Positions 1 through 14,156 of a stretch of DNA of 64,000 nucleotides are shown here, one piece after another. Position 1 is the first letter of the stretch, and each line of letters starts with the position of its first letter. The stretch lies in NCBI RefSeq assembly GCF_009914755.1, contig NC_060929.1, one strand, 5' to 3'. The translations under genes were made by a program, and so were the position numbers. The notes under the pieces are model-generated. The model did not search any database, was not told the origin of the DNA, and saw only the letters and a list, made by a program, of their open reading frames with translations. The DNA comes from the human T2T-CHM13v2.0 reference genome, Homo sapiens.

Positions 1-2561
1 TTAGTAGTTCCTTTTTTGAAAATTTTTGTGCCAAAGATAAGACATATTCCTGAAACGATTTACACTCCAGTATTTGTTCTATTGCTCTTACAGCATGCAT
101 TTTATCTCTATGTCTAATCTATAACATTAATTTCATGTAGCATCATATTTTAAATTACTTTCTTTTTCTAAGGAACTAAACATTAGAATCACAACTGCTC
201 TTCTTCCATAATCTAGCTTCCTATAAATGCAACAGAAAATAGAGAAAAAATAAAAGACACAAAACTACTTTCTCTAGGGCTTTCCCCCTTATCAATAAAT
301 AAATAAATAAGAAGAGGTAACATTTCACTTTTGTTAATTTAGAAAAGTTAGTATCTTTTCCCCATCAATTATTTAACATCTTACAGCAGGCTGGGTATTT
401 ACTGCTTTGATTATGCACTACTGCATATTTCTCTGTCTTTCTGTCTTTGCTACTAACATGTGTGTTAGGTAGCCAACTGTGATGGTCAGCATTTTCCCAC
501 ACACTGAACATACTGAATGAACCATAAACAAAAATTTTAAGAAGGGATTTTTAACCCTTTTATCCACAAATATATGTTAGATCTACCTTTTTTTTTTATT
601 TTAACAGTGCACAATAAAGGTAAATTTCCTGCTTCATTACAAAAGAGCAGAATTTCCATTGCTCAAAATCAAAAGTAATTTTAGCTTCACATAGCGGAGC
701 TATGACAAGGAAGAAGGTTAGAGAATAAATGAAGGTGAAGGCAAGTGTGATTTCTAGGCAAGTTGCTGTATATGGTTACCTCTATTACGCTACAACAATC
801 ATTTGCCCCCCTACTTCATCCTGCAACTTTTTAGTAACAAGCCTCTATTTCCACCATATCCCCAAACACATATACCAAAGCCTGCTTATCCCTCATTATT
901 ATAGTATTTTAATTCAGGAAAAAGAAATATTTATAAAAATAATGAGTATTTAACTTATAATTTAAGTCTGTGAACTTCACATTTGATATTCCTCAGATTT
1001 TTATGAAGATTTAATGTTATAAATGTAGGTGTCATCTTAATAAATGAAGGAATAAAGGTTGCTGTTAAGACTGTTGTACCACTATCTAAACCTAAGGTGA
1101 GTTTTCTATAATTTTATAACATGTCTACTGAAAATCCTGGGCTTTTGCCTTTTACTTTTAGAAATCTCCTAAGAAAAACCCCCAAAACTTTAACATTCAC
1201 TTCCCTAGGTCAGTCATCGAGGTGCTGGTGGTATGCCCCTCATCCGGGTTCTTTGGCTCAGCATCTATTCCCTCTCATTCCATGACTGAACTAAGTACCA
1301 CATGGTCTATTTGGGTGAAATACATTCCAATGATTTCATCCAGTCTCATTCATAGTATCTGAGCCTCACATTTTTTGCATTGTGCCTAGTTTTTGACACA
1401 CCCTACTCTGATCCTGCCAGAGCCTTCCCAAATAAAGACTGTGCTCTGTTAGTATATACGGGCCCTATTGTTGGCTCTGAGTCCTAGCCCACTTGAATTT
1501 TAATGAAGACTCATAGACAGTTGTTATGAAACAAACACTATAATGACACCCAGACAAGCTGTAGAGTTATTTTTAAGCAGATGATGTGTGTGGCCCATGC
1601 CTCATGCCCACCAAATGATAATAATAGTAACACTATGCAGTAAGTACAGAGAACATTTTTTTCATAAAACTGCATAAATCATAAAATGGTTCCTGCCATT
1701 CTTCCACCTTCTATCCACCTTCCTTCCTCTTCACACCATCAGTAGTTGCAGGACTTAGTACTGTGCACCTCACTGGATCCAAGTAACAACCAAAATAAAA
1801 AGAAACATTAATTTTAGGCACTCATTAGAGAAAAACGAGGGGTGGCATTACACATGTATACTAAAGAAAAGTATATTTTTAAAAGCAAAACCCAGATTGT
1901 CTTTTCAAGAGTCAGAAATGAATTCTTCCATATTTGACATCTTTTTATATTCATATGTATTTGTTCACATATACATTATGTGTTCATATATGCTTATATA
2001 TATCAATATCAATATGTAGTCATGGCATAGGACCTGAATTAGTGGACTTCAGAAAAGAGATATCTGCCAAGGGCGCTTAGAGGGAAAGAACCATTTTTGG
2101 AAATTTAAGAAATGTTATTATAATAATGAGAAAAATGAAGCCCTTTTTGAAGAGTGTCATGTTCAGATATTGATAGATTTAGACTGCCAGGATTACATCC
2201 AAATCTTAGTCAATAATCCCAAATTTTGGTTTCATCTGGAAGTTAAACACACTGATTTTTTTCCTTATGCTCGCTATTTGTTCTTCCATTTACTGTTAAG
2301 AACTGCAAGGTTGGCTAAACATGGAAACTATTTAAAGAAATCTTATTAAAAAGCCAACTTCCTAAAATTGAAACTTAAGTGAACTCTAACGTCAGAGAAA
2401 ATCAGCAAAGTGAGATGAATATTTGGGGCAAAACAGATTAAAGAGGAGATTAGAGCTACAAATACTTGTGACAAAATATTTTAAAGCTATATGTATAAAT
2501 AACTTGCTGTACTTTCTCCATATTTGTAAAAAGATACAATTAAAATTCAGAAAGTACAGGT

Positions 2562-2700
2562 GGTGTGATGGATTCAGGTACATCTAAGTCAAAGTCACAG
2601 CTCAGCTTCTGATATACGTTTCACCTTGGGCGATTTTCATTTTTCTCTTCCCGCTTCTGTAGCCATGAAAAATAGCAAGAAAATAAGGATAAAAATATGT
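2562..2700 (+). mobile_element. MIR/MIR3-like SINE fragment
   Basis: Degenerate MIR core: cagctcagcttctgat...accttgggcgatt...ttctcttccc...atgaaaaatag. Confidence 0.4.
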
Positions 2701-3859
2701 GAGTTTTTAAAAACTATCTAGAATCCGAAGGAGAGAAACAAGAAAGGGAGCTATAATAAGAATATTTAGGCTAAAATTTTTATGTTTGTTTAAAAACTTG
2801 TATTAATGTCAGTTTTTCTCTGTTTCATATATTGTTTTATTTTCTTCCATATTTTCTTGAATTTTGATTCCTAAGTATTTCTATTTCTTATCCATGCTGG
2901 AATTCTTTGTATTTTTTCTTTAATTCCTCATTATTCTTATTTTGTGTTCCCTTCTAAGTACTTCATTTTCTATTCATGCCAGCTACTCTCACTTAATTAT
3001 TAACAACTCAGATTTCTCATCTCTCTGTATCAGCTAAAGGCTCATACTATATCAAATTCTTCTAACTTCTCTCTCAAAAAGCATAGAAGAGTGATTCTGT
3101 GAAACTTACACATTTTAAGTTCTGTTATCCACATCAGAATAATGGACAAAGTTCCTATGTATGCTGTATCAGTCTTCTAATTCCAGCTGCTGATCCAGAC
3201 ACCCAGTAACTTTTAGGGTTATTGTATTTTATTGTGGTCTGGACCATACTCACTTCTATATCTTTTAGAGTTCTCTGCAAACTACTTCATTCCACCTTAC
3301 AGACTCTTCTTTATATATTAAACTATTATATGTGCTAAAACTTTGAAATTGGGGGAAATTGTTTCAGTATTATAGGAATGATAGGAAAATACTGATAATC
3401 TCTAAACATCTAAAGTTCATTTTGACAAATCCAATTGATTTTCACATCAATTGAGAAGTCCACAGCAAAGCGTGTGTTCCAACACACATTACTGTATTCT
3501 TAGAGATCCTTTGTTGGTGTAAGCCTTCCTTATAATTCCAAGACTAGCCAACATTTCTGAGTTAAATGGTACCCTCTATTTTTCTGATATTCAAGCTCAT
3601 AGTATAATAGATCTTAACTAGAAATAAAAACTACTAAACAATAAAAAATATACTCAATAAATTAAAATTAAGTAATAGAATAAAAGCCCCTTTGTAACTA
3701 TTGTCAATTAAGTCAGTAAAGATACAAATGTTTTTGTCAACCATTGCCTCACAGATTCTTGCCCTACTCCACTTTACTTGAAGGTATACCTAAGCCTTTA
3801 ATATTTTTAATAGTAGTCATCACCCTATATTTTAGTTGTTGCTGCTTTTTCCAGTCTTT

Positions 3860-3967
3860 CTTAGTAGACTTTGAGGCTCTTTAGAAAAGATGTTATGTTT
3901 TCTTTGATTGTGTATCTCTGAGCACTTTTTCCAATGACTAGAAAGTATAGAAGTAGCAGAATAAATA
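3860..3967 (+). mobile_element. L2 3' end fragment
   Basis: tagactttgaggctc...tgtatctctgagcac...aataaatatt resembles the L2 3' terminus. Confidence 0.5.
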
Positions 3968-4195
3968 TTAATAACTGCTACTTGTTGGACTCCTATTATG
4001 TTCCAGGAATTATGCTGAATGTTTTATATAATATATCAGTATGCTCCTTATTGCAACACTACAAGACAGGTATTAGTATCCTCATTTTTCTTATAAAAAT
4101 TATATCTCATGGAAATTAATTGGCCTAAGTTCACATAGCTTATAAGATAATATTTTAAACAGATTTGTTTCCAAACTTCAAATTTTGTCACTATG
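3968..4195 (-). mobile_element. MIR SINE
   Basis: Antisense MIR hallmarks: ctcctattatgttccagg, aggtattagtatcctcattttt, ttggcctaagttcacatagct. Confidence 0.7.
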
Positions 4196-5022
4196 CAATA
4201 ATGATAAATTATTTTCTAATTAAATATATGAATAAATGTATGAATATATAAACATAGAAGTGCATGCATATAAATACACTCACATATATTAATATAACTT
4301 TATTTTATTCTTCATGTATGGTTTTTAGATACATATAAAGAAGTTTAAGTTGGAGGGGAAAATAGAACTCTACTTTCTCTGACTTTTTAAATTATTATGT
4401 TTGTAGTGAGAATCAAAGTTTACCAAGGAGTATAGGTAATTATGAGTGGTTGCAAAAGAGAAGAGAAAATATCTTTGGCCCATATTCTACCTATAAAGGC
4501 TGAAGGTAAGAAGAAGGGTCAATTAGGTTACACTGATTTTAGACATTATTTGGGAGGGGGAATGATTTCTAGATTCAAACTTGAAGACAGTTTATTAGAA
4601 CTGGTGCTCCCACTCCCCCTGGAAAAGAGAGGACATTGACTGCCACAGGAAATGAATTGGTGCATAGATCTTTTCCTATTACATTAAAATCTGTCACAAG
4701 CCTGAGTCTCATTGATGCAACGATCCCTTTTAGGAGATTAAATAAATTGTCTTAACATAAAATACTGCAACTTCTCTGGTGAATAGATGTGACAGTATTG
4801 CCCCAGACACTTGAAAAACTTTTCCTACCATACCGGACACCTTCATCCAGGAAAGTGGTTGTCAGATGATTGCTCTTTTTTGTTCCATAGAAAAAGCACA
4901 TGTAGCACTTTTAGAAAGACAAAACAAACATGTTTTCTGGTTAGGGATCTGAGAAACAAAGAACTTAGATTAGAAAGAAATAAGATAGAAATTCAAAGAA
5001 TAGCAGGGGAGTCACTCACTGA

Positions 5023-5335
<313 letters not shown>

Positions 5336-6399
5336 TGAACCTCCAATTTTAGAACACAAGATGTCAAAACTAAATCTTCTGTTTCTTCTTTCTTAGGATT
5401 GGCACTCTCAGCAGTTTTTATAGTTGGGTGCTATATACATTCCTTGTAAAGCATAAAATGAATCCAAGAAGGTTTCAAGCATAAACAACTTTGCAAGAAC
5501 TAAATAAGAAGTTATTTGGGGAGTTTACCCCAAGCTGCTGTGAGAGGACTTCAACTTTACAAATCAATAGAGCAAATGCATTTAACCCATGCAATTCAGC
5601 AAAACATATTCTACATATGCAAAGGATGGAAAGAGGTGACTTAAAGACTGTGCTCTGGCTTAATCCCTCAGTGTACAGCCCACCATTGACCCTATTATTT
5701 TTTTTTTTTTTTGGTTTTTTACAGAGAATGTGGTATCAAATGTTTTTTCATTTGAGAAAAATCAAGCGCTTCTATACCTCTGCTTCCTTGCTTAAAGTAA
5801 CTACCTAACAAAGCTAAGCAGCACAATGCTCTATGGGATAAATTCTATGAAAAGCAAAGCAAAGTTAAGGAAATGAATATTCACAGCCCAAATTGTGATT
5901 CCAAAGAAAAAAAGAAGAATGTCATATACAAGAGAAACAATGAATTGAAGTCAATGTCTTAATTTTTAAATACAATACTTTTTAAAAAGTACCCAGGAAC
6001 ATAGTAGGTTTGTAATACCTGTCATTGCTTTCTGAGATCTTTCTACAGGTGCATAATTTAATCATTCCACCTGAAGTGTCAGGCACATAAAGGTATTATT
6101 AGTTAAGAATGAATAGTAGTTTAATTTGAAATAGGAGACTTGAATTTTGTTTTTAGGTATTAAAATAGAGATAAAAATTAAAGTGAATAATTTCATAGTT
6201 TTAAATATCCACTTTCCTTTCTATTTTAACTCTAGCTAAGGTGATCTCCCAAAATGTATGACAACATTCATTTTGAGACTATTAAGTTTTAATTTTTTGA
6301 ACAAGATAGCCCATACAGCATTACAAAGATTTCTAATCTTTTACATTTTTATTGAGAGTAAATTTTAGGAAAAAATAGGATTGAAATTAGTTTAGTAAA

Positions 6400-6905
6400 C
6401 ATATATTCAGTGACTATAATATTTCAAGCATTATTAGGCATTGTGTATAAATAAATTGATAAGCTCTAGTTCTTATTCTTCAGGATCTTACAGACTAGTG
6501 GGTGAGATATACATACATAAAGATGTTACATACAATTGGTTAAATGCTAATGTGATATATGTACAGGGTATTATTCATTGTAAGTAATAAAAATTTCTGA
6601 GGGAGGTGATAGCTGAGCTGAATTATAAAGGAAAGATAAATGTAAAGAAGGAGCCAGGCATGGTGGTGGGCACCTATAATCCCAGCTACTCTGGGGCTGA
6701 GGCAGAAGAATCGCTTGAACCCGGGAGTCAGAGGTTGCAGTGAGTGGAGATCGCGCCATTGCACTCCAGCCTGGGTGACAAGAGTGAAACTCTGTCTCGA
6801 AAAAAAAAAAATGTAAACAAGGAATAGAAGTAAATCCTGGTAGGCTACAGAGTATGTGAAAAGAGATTGAGGTATAAGAGGGAATAATATAACTGGAGGA
6901 CTATG
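6400..6905 (-). mobile_element. L2 fragment, interrupted by an Alu and followed by the inverted L1
   Basis: Antisense L2 3' motifs: ctataatatttcaagcattattaggcattg, cttcaggatcttacagactagtggg, ggaggtgatagctgagctg. Confidence 0.6.
6653..6808 (+). mobile_element. 5'-truncated Alu (right arm only)
   Basis: Right monomer plus A-tail. TSD aaatgtaaagaagga (6638-6652) / aaatgtaaacaagga (6809-6823) shows it inserted already truncated. Confidence 0.95.
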
Positions 6906-6922
6906 TAAAACATTTTTCTAAA

Positions 6923-7020
6923 TCCATTGTTTTTCTTGTTGACTTTCTGTCCTGATGAACTGTCTAGTGCTGTCAGTGGGGTATTGATGTCCCCCACTAT
7001 TACTGAGTTGCTGTCTATCT
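6923..7020 (-). mobile_element. Inverted 5' segment of an L1PB insertion (ORF2 endonuclease region)
   Basis: Reverse complement reads IDSNSVIVGDINTPLTALDSSSGQKVNK, the L1 endonuclease GDFNTPL motif region. Confidence 0.85.
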
Positions 7021-7434
7021 ATCAATGACTGGATAAAGACATTGTGATATATATACATATATGTACCATGGGATACTACTCAGCCATAAAAAAAGAATGA
7101 AATAATGGCATTTGCAGCAACCTGGATGGGATTGGAGACCATTATTCTAAGTGAAGTAACTCAGGAATGGAAAACCAAACATCATATGTTCTCACTCATA
7201 AGTGGGAGCTAAGCTATGAAGATGCAAAGGCATAAGAATAATACAATGGTCTTTGGGGACTTGAGGGAATGGATGGGAGCGGGGTGAGGGATAAAAGACC
7301 ACATGCTGGGTACAGTGTATACTGCTCGGGTGATGAGTGCACCAAAATCTCAGAAATCATCACTAAATAAGTTATTCATGTAACCAAACACCACCTGTTT
7401 CCTAAAAACCTATTGAAATAAAAAAATAGAAAAA
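7021..7434 (+). mobile_element. L1PB (L1PB1-like) 3' end with G-rich tract and A-tail
   Basis: End of ORF2 and 3'UTR (gaagtaactcaggaatggaaaaccaaacat...gtaaccaaacaccacctgtt). TSD 6907-6922 / 7435-7450 encloses both this and the inverted segment. Confidence 0.92.
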
Positions 7435-7514
7435 AAAACATATTTCTAAAGTATGAACAGAGAGAGGAGTGAGGAACAATTCTGAAAATAACCAGGTTAA
7501 ATGTTTACTCAATA

Positions 7515-7768
7515 CCATAATACGTATAGTGATTAAGAGTTTGGGCTCTGAAAAAGACTACTTGGGTTTAAATCTTGACTCCAAGGTGTATGTCCTTGAG
7601 AGGTCACCTAAACTCTCCATGCATCAGTCTCCCCATGTGTACAAAAAGGTTAATAATAGTCCCTAACTCATAGGGATGCTGTAGGGATTAAATTAGGTAA
7701 TATATGTAAAGCACTTAGAAAATTAGCTGCCTCAAGGTAAGAACTCCATAAACAATAGCTGTTGTCAT
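7515..7768 (+). mobile_element. MIR SINE, near full length
   Basis: tagtgattaagagtttgggctctg...cttgggtttaaatcttgactc...ctcatagggatgctgtagggattaaa...atgtaaagcacttagaa. Confidence 0.88.
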
Positions 7769-8389
7769 GACGCAGACATTCTACTGACTATTGAGAGATT
7801 ACCATCACCTACCTATATAACACGATCTTTTAACATAAATAAAATCAGCAACAGTATATCAATTACTTCTTAAGACTTTAAATGAGCATGAGTGAAGTGC
7901 TGGTATTCTGGGGAGTTCCACATCCATGCAGGAAGTACAAATAATCATAATTATCAACCAGAACAGAGTAAAATTACAAACACACATGAACACACATGAC
8001 TTCAGAAAATGTAGAAAAATAAATTTTAAATAACGAGTTTTCAGAGAAGAAAGACCACATTTTTCAACAAATTTTCAACAAATAGCAACACCACTTCCCT
8101 TTCTGTGAACATTAGCCATGTTGAGAATAAGTAGGCAACAAATGGCAGAATTCCGTTGCAGCATGGTTTTAATAGTTTAATGGGCTGGTATATTGGATTG
8201 GAATCTATAGGATTCAGAAACTCAGAGCTGATTTTTTGGCCAGGCACTTCCAAGGGACTTTTGTGGAGAGTGGCAGCACAGAATGCTATGGGCTGATTTG
8301 GAACTCAGAGGGTGATCTCCATAGTCTTGTAGTGCTTCAATCCCAAATGTTTTCTAGAGAGTGTCTGTCTGAAATTATTCAGAATGATC

Positions 8390-9054
8390 TCACTCTTAAG
8401 ACATTTAAAATCAGTAATAAACTGAAACTCAGGCTGCAAACCAGACCCAACTCATCTGAATTCCTATTTGGATCAAAATAGTCAACTCTTTATCCTAGCA
8501 GATTGACAGAGCAAGGAATGTGCCCTTTCTGGAGAAAATGATTCCAAATTACTTGATGCTATTAAATACGAAGTCTTTTCTACTGTCAAAAATGATGAGA
8601 CATGAAAAGAAGAGAACAATAAATATATAGAAGCAGACCCACAAATGAATTAGAATTTGGAGTTAGTAGATTATAGACTTTAAAATTATAATTATCAATA
8701 TGTTAAAAAATTGGAAGAACAGATATACATTCTCAGTAGAGAAATGGAATCTAAAGGACATATTGACATTCTATAACTGAAATTTTTAAAAATCTGAAAT
8801 TAAGAAATATTTGAATATGGAGCTTAGTAGCAAACTGCACATGGTAGCAGAAAGGATCAAGGAATTTGAAAATAGGTCAATAGAAATTATCAAAATTGAA
8901 GCACATAGATTAAGGGAAAAGAAACTAAAAAAAAAAAAAACCCAAAAAACTAAGAACAGCTTGTAAGAGACAAATAGTATAATATAACATTTGTATAACA
9001 AGAGTCCCCAAAGACAAGGAGAAACAATTTAAAAATTTGAACAGCCCAGCTATT
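8390..9054 (+). mobile_element. Old L1M (L1M4/L1ME-type) 5' region and ORF1 N-terminal part, left half of the host element
   Basis: Decayed ORF1 motifs: gaagcagacccacaaatga, gcagaaaggatcaaggaatttgaaaataggtcaatagaaattatcaaaattgaagcaca, agagtccccaaaga. Confidence 0.75.
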
Positions 9055-11049
9055 TAAAATGATCAGGGAGAGGAGGCAGAGCCAGATGGTGAAAAAGAAA
9101 GCTCCACCATCAGTCCCCATGAAAGGACATCAAGATAACTATCTACACAGGAAAAAACACTTTCATACAAACCAAAACTCAGGTGAGCACTCACAGTACC
9201 TAGTTTCAACTCCATAGTGCTGAAAGAGGCACTGAAGAGATAGAAAAAAATAGTTCTGAATCTTAGGACACCACCCCTCCCCGACCCTCCAGCAGTGACA
9301 GCATGGTGCAGAGCACATCTCTGGGCACTGAAAAAGGGGGAGCACAGTAATTGCTGACATTGAACTCAGCGCTGTCTCATCAGAGCAGAAAAGAAAACCA
9401 GACCAAACTTAGCTGACACCTGCCCAAGAAGGAGGTGGAATCAGATGGAAATCACTGATCCCAGTGACCTTAAGTGACTGCAACCCATGCCACCAAGGGC
9501 TACAGCATTCTGTGTTTCCAAGTAAACTTAAAAGGCAGTCTAGGCCCTAAGGACTGATACCCTAAGGAAGTCCTAGTGCTGAACTGGGCCCAGAGACAGT
9601 GGACTGGGAGGCCACATGAACTACTGAGACACTACCTGGAGCAGCCAAGGGAGTGTTGGCATCACCCCTCCCCTAATCTCAGGTTGCATACCTCATGACT
9701 CCAAAAGAGACCCCCTTCTTCCATGTGAGGAGAGAAAAAGAAAGAGTGGGGAGGACTTTGTTTTGTATCTAGGACACCAGCTCAGCCACAGTAGGAGAGG
9801 CACCAGTCTGACTCCTTGAAATCTCTGTTCCAGGCCCCAGCTCACAGATGACATTTGTAGACACATGCTGGACTAAAAGGGAACCTGTTGCCTTGAAGGA
9901 AAGAAGCCAGTCCTAGCAGCATTCATCACCTGCTAACTGAAGAGCTATTGGACCCTTGGTTAACCAGCAGTGACAACCAGGCACTACATCGAGGGGACTG
10001 AGTGAACCTCTGAGACTTCCTGGCTTCTAGTGAGACTCCAGATTCCCAGATGTGGTGGCTAAGGGGAAAAACTCCTTTTGCTTGAGAACAGCAGAGGGAA
10101 AAGTAAAGAGGACCTTGTCTTGCATCTTAGGTACCACCATGGCCACAGAAAGGTAGAGAACCAGGGGGCTCTTGGGATCCCCAAATTAGGACTTGACTCT
10201 TGGACAGCATTTCAGGGCCTCCCCTGGGCCAGAAGGGAGCCCACTGCTCTGAAGCGTGAGTCCCAGGCCAGGCAGCACTCACTACAAGTTGACTTACATG
10301 AGACGTTGTTAAGGGAATATCTTTAGTAGTCTGGCAGTACTCCTCATGGCCTGGGGAGCCAGTGGATATGAGGTGAGGATCCTCTGACTTTGGAAAGGGC
10401 AGGGAAGAGTAGGAAGGACTGCATCTTGTGATTTGAGTGACAGCTCAACTGCAATACAGTAGAACACCATGTAGGTTTCTAAGGTTTTTGACTGTAGTCC
10501 CTGACTTCCAAATGGCACTTCTGAATGCACCTGGGGTCTGGGGGACCTCACTACCCTGAAGGGAAAGACATAGGCCTGGCTGGCTTTGCTACCTGCTGAT
10601 TGTAGAGCCCCAGGACCTTCAGCAAACATAAGCAGTAGCCAGGGAGTGCTGACAGCAGGCCTTAGGCAAAACCTGGTGCTGTGTTGGCTTCAGAACTGAC
10701 TCAGTGCAGTCACAGTGGTGGTGGCCACAGGGATGTTTGTGTCACTCCATGCAACACCTTTAGATGGCTCAGAACAGAAAGAGAGACAGAGACTCTGTAT
10801 GCATGGGGAAAAGTAAGGGAAGTGAGCAAGAGTCTCTGCCTAGGAACCCACTGGATCTTGTCAAGACCATCAAGGTGGTACCTCTGTGAGTTTGAACTAC
10901 AGGATTACTGGGCTTGGGGTGTCCCCTAAAGCAGATAGAGCTTAGGTCACAACATCCAAATATTTTCAAATATCTGGAAATCCTCCCCAAGAAGGGCAAC
11001 TACAAGTAAGCCCACACAGTGATGACTACAATAAATACATAACTTTTCA

Positions 11050-12020
11050 ATGCCCAGACATCAAAGAACATCTACTAGCATCTACACCATTGAGAAAAAT
11101 ATGACCTCACAAAATGAACTAAATAAGGGACCACGGACCCATCCTGGAGAGATAGAGTTATGTGACCTTTCAAACAGATAATTCAAAATAATTGTGTTGA
11201 AGAAATTCAAAGAAAATAACACAGAGAAGGATTCCAAATTCTATCAGATAAATTGAACAAAAAGATTAGAATAATTAAAAAGCATCAAGCAGAAATTCTG
11301 GAGCTGAAAAATGCAAATGGCATAGTGAAGAATGCATGAGGGTTGTTTAATAGCAGAATTGATCAAGAAGAAGAAAGAATCCATGAGCCTGAAGACAGGA
11401 TATTTGAAAATACACAGTCAGAGGAGACAAAAGGAAAAAGAATAAAAAACAATGAAGCATGCCTACCTGATCTAGAAAATAACATTAAAAGGGCAAATCT
11501 AAGAGTTATTGACCTTAAAGATGAGATAGAGAAAGAGATAGGGATAGAAAGCTTATTCAAAGAGATAATAACAGATATTCCCAAACCTAGAGAAATATAT
11601 CAATATCCAAGCACAAGAAGGTTATAGAATACCAAGCAGATCTAAGCCAAAGAAGACTACCTCAAGGCATTTAATAATCAAACTCCCAAACATCAAAGAT
11701 AAAGAAAGGATCCTAAATGCAGCAAGAGAAAAGACATAACAAACAATGGAGATCCAATATGTCTGGCAGCAGACTTTTCAGTGGAAAATTTACAGGCCAG
11801 GAGACAGTGGCATGACATATTAAAAGTGCAGAAGAAAAAAAAATTACCCTAGAATAGTATATCTGGCAAAAATATCCTTCAAACATAAAGGATAAATAAA
11901 GAATTTCCCAGACAAAAGCAGAGGTATTTCATCAGTACCAGGCCTGTCCTACTAGAAATGCTAAAGGGAGTACTTCAAACAGAAAGAAAAAGACATTCAG
12001 CAGCAATAAATAATTATCTG
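11050..12020 (+). pseudogene. Disrupted L1 ORF1p
   Basis: ORF 11343-11627 (NSRIDQEEERIHEPEDR...KRANLRVI...ESLFKEII) matches the L1 ORF1p coiled-coil/RRM junction. Stops and frameshifts elsewhere. Confidence 0.85.
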
Positions 12021-13868
12021 AAGGTACAGAAATCACTGATAATAGTAAGTGCACAGGAAAACACAGAATATTATAACACTGTAACTGCGATGTATAAACT
12101 AGTCTTATCCTAAGTAGAAAGACTAAACAACGAACCAATAAAAAATAACTACAACAACTTTTCAAGACATAGTCAATATGGTAAGATAAAAATAGAAACA
12201 TAAAAACATTAAAAAGTGAGGAAATGAAGTTAAGGCATAGAGTTTTTATTAGTCTTTTTCCTTGTCTGTTTGTTTATGCAAATAGTGTTATGTTGTTATC
12301 AGGTTAAAATAATAAGTTAAAAGATTATGTTTGCAAGCCTCATGGTAACCTCAAACCAAAAAACATGATGAGTATACAAAAAATCAAAAGCAAGAAACTA
12401 AATTATATCACCAGAGAAAATCACCTTCACTATAGGAAGATAGGAAGGAAAGAAAGAAGGAAGGAAGAGAAGATCACAAAGCAACCAGAAAACAACAAAA
12501 TGGCAAAAGTCTTTTCTCATCAATAATAACATTGAATGTAAATGGAATAAACTCTCCAATCAAGACATAGACTTGCTGAATGGATGAAAAAAACAAGACC
12601 CATTCATCTGTTGTCTACAAGAAACACACTTCACCTATAAAGACACACATAGACTGAAAATAAACAGATGGAAAAAGATATTTCATGCCAATCGAAATAA
12701 ACAAACAAACGAGGAGTGCTATACTTAAACAAAATAAATTTTAAGACAAAAACTACAAGAAGAGACAATGTTAGTCACTATATATTGATATAATGGACAA
12801 TTCAAAAGAGGATAAAACAATTTGAAATATATATGCACTAAACACTGGAGCACCCAGACACATAAAGGAAATATTATTATAGCTAACGAGAGGAATAGGC
12901 TCTAATACAATAAGAGCTGGAGACTTCAACACCCCATTTTCAGCATTAAACTGATCTTCCAGACAGAAAATCCACAAAGAAACATCAGATTTAATCTTCA
13001 CTACAGACCAAATGAATCTAATAGGTATTTACAGAACATGTCATCCAAGAGCTGCAGAATACACATTCTTTTCCTCAGCACATGAATCATTCTCAAGGAT
13101 ACACCATATCATTAGGACACAAAACAAGTCCTGAAACATTCAAAAGAAATTGAAATAATATCAAGCATCTTGTCTGACCACAATGGAATAAAACTAGAAA
13201 TCAATAACAAGAGGAATTTCGGAAACTATACAAATACATGGAAATTAAATAATATGCTACTGAATGACTAGTGGGTCAATGAAGAAATTAAGAAGGAAAT
13301 TGAAAATTCTCTTAAAACAAACGATAATGGAAACAACATGCCAAAACCTATGGGATACAGCAAAAGCAGTACTAAGGGGGAAGTTTATACCTATAAGTGC
13401 CTACATTAAAAAAAGGAAAATATTCAAATAAACAATATAATGGTGTATCTTAAAGAACTAGAAAAACAAAAGCAAACCAAACCCCAAATTAACAGAAGAA
13501 AATAAATAATAAAGATCAGTGCAGAAATAAATGAAATTGAAATTTTAAAAAATACCAAAGACCAATGAAACAGTGGATTTTTTGAAAAGTTAAACAAAAT
13601 TGAGAAACCTTTAGCCAGACTAAGAAACAAAGATAGAATATCCAAAAAAATAAAATCAGAAATAAGAAAGCAGATATTACAACTGATACTATAGAAAATC
13701 AAAGAATCATTAGTGGCTACTATGAGCAATTATATGCCAATAAAGTGGAATATTTAGAAGAAATATACAAATTCCTAGATACATGTAACCTACCAAGATT
13801 GATCCAGGAAGAAATCCAAAACCTGAACAGACCAACAACAAGTAATGAGATAGAAGCCATAATAAAAT

Positions 13869-14156
13869 GACTGGGCAGGATGGCTCATGCCTGACATCCT
13901 AGCATTTTGGGAGGCCAAGGTGGGTGGATCAGTTGAGGTCAGAAGTTTGAGACCAGACTGGGCAAAATGGTGAAAATCTGTCTCTACTGAAAATACAATA
14001 ATTAGCCGGGTGAGGTGGCATGCACCTGTATTCCCAGCTACTCTGGAGGGCACAAAAATTGCTTGAGCCTGGGAGGCAGAGGTTGCAGTGTGCCGAGACT
14101 GTGCCACTGCACTCCAGTCTGAGTGATAGAGCAAGACTCTGTCTTAAAAAAAAAAA
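13869..14156 (+). mobile_element. Alu (old S-type, diverged) inside L1 ORF2
   Basis: Dimeric Alu with A-tail. TSD core aagccataata at 13854-13864 / 14157-14167. Confidence 0.95.

Noticed and set aside
1209-1480. Possible exon or old LTR fragment
   Set aside because: The first frame after the acceptor stops after 26 codons, and similarity to MLT1/LTR16-type elements was too weak to call.
3432-3453. 8-bp inverted repeat caattgat/atcaattg and similar short inverted repeats elsewhere
   Set aside because: Expected by chance in 64 kb of AT-rich DNA.
7265-7290. Canonical G-quadruplex motif
   Set aside because: It is the ordinary G-rich tract of the L1 3'UTR and is explained by the element.
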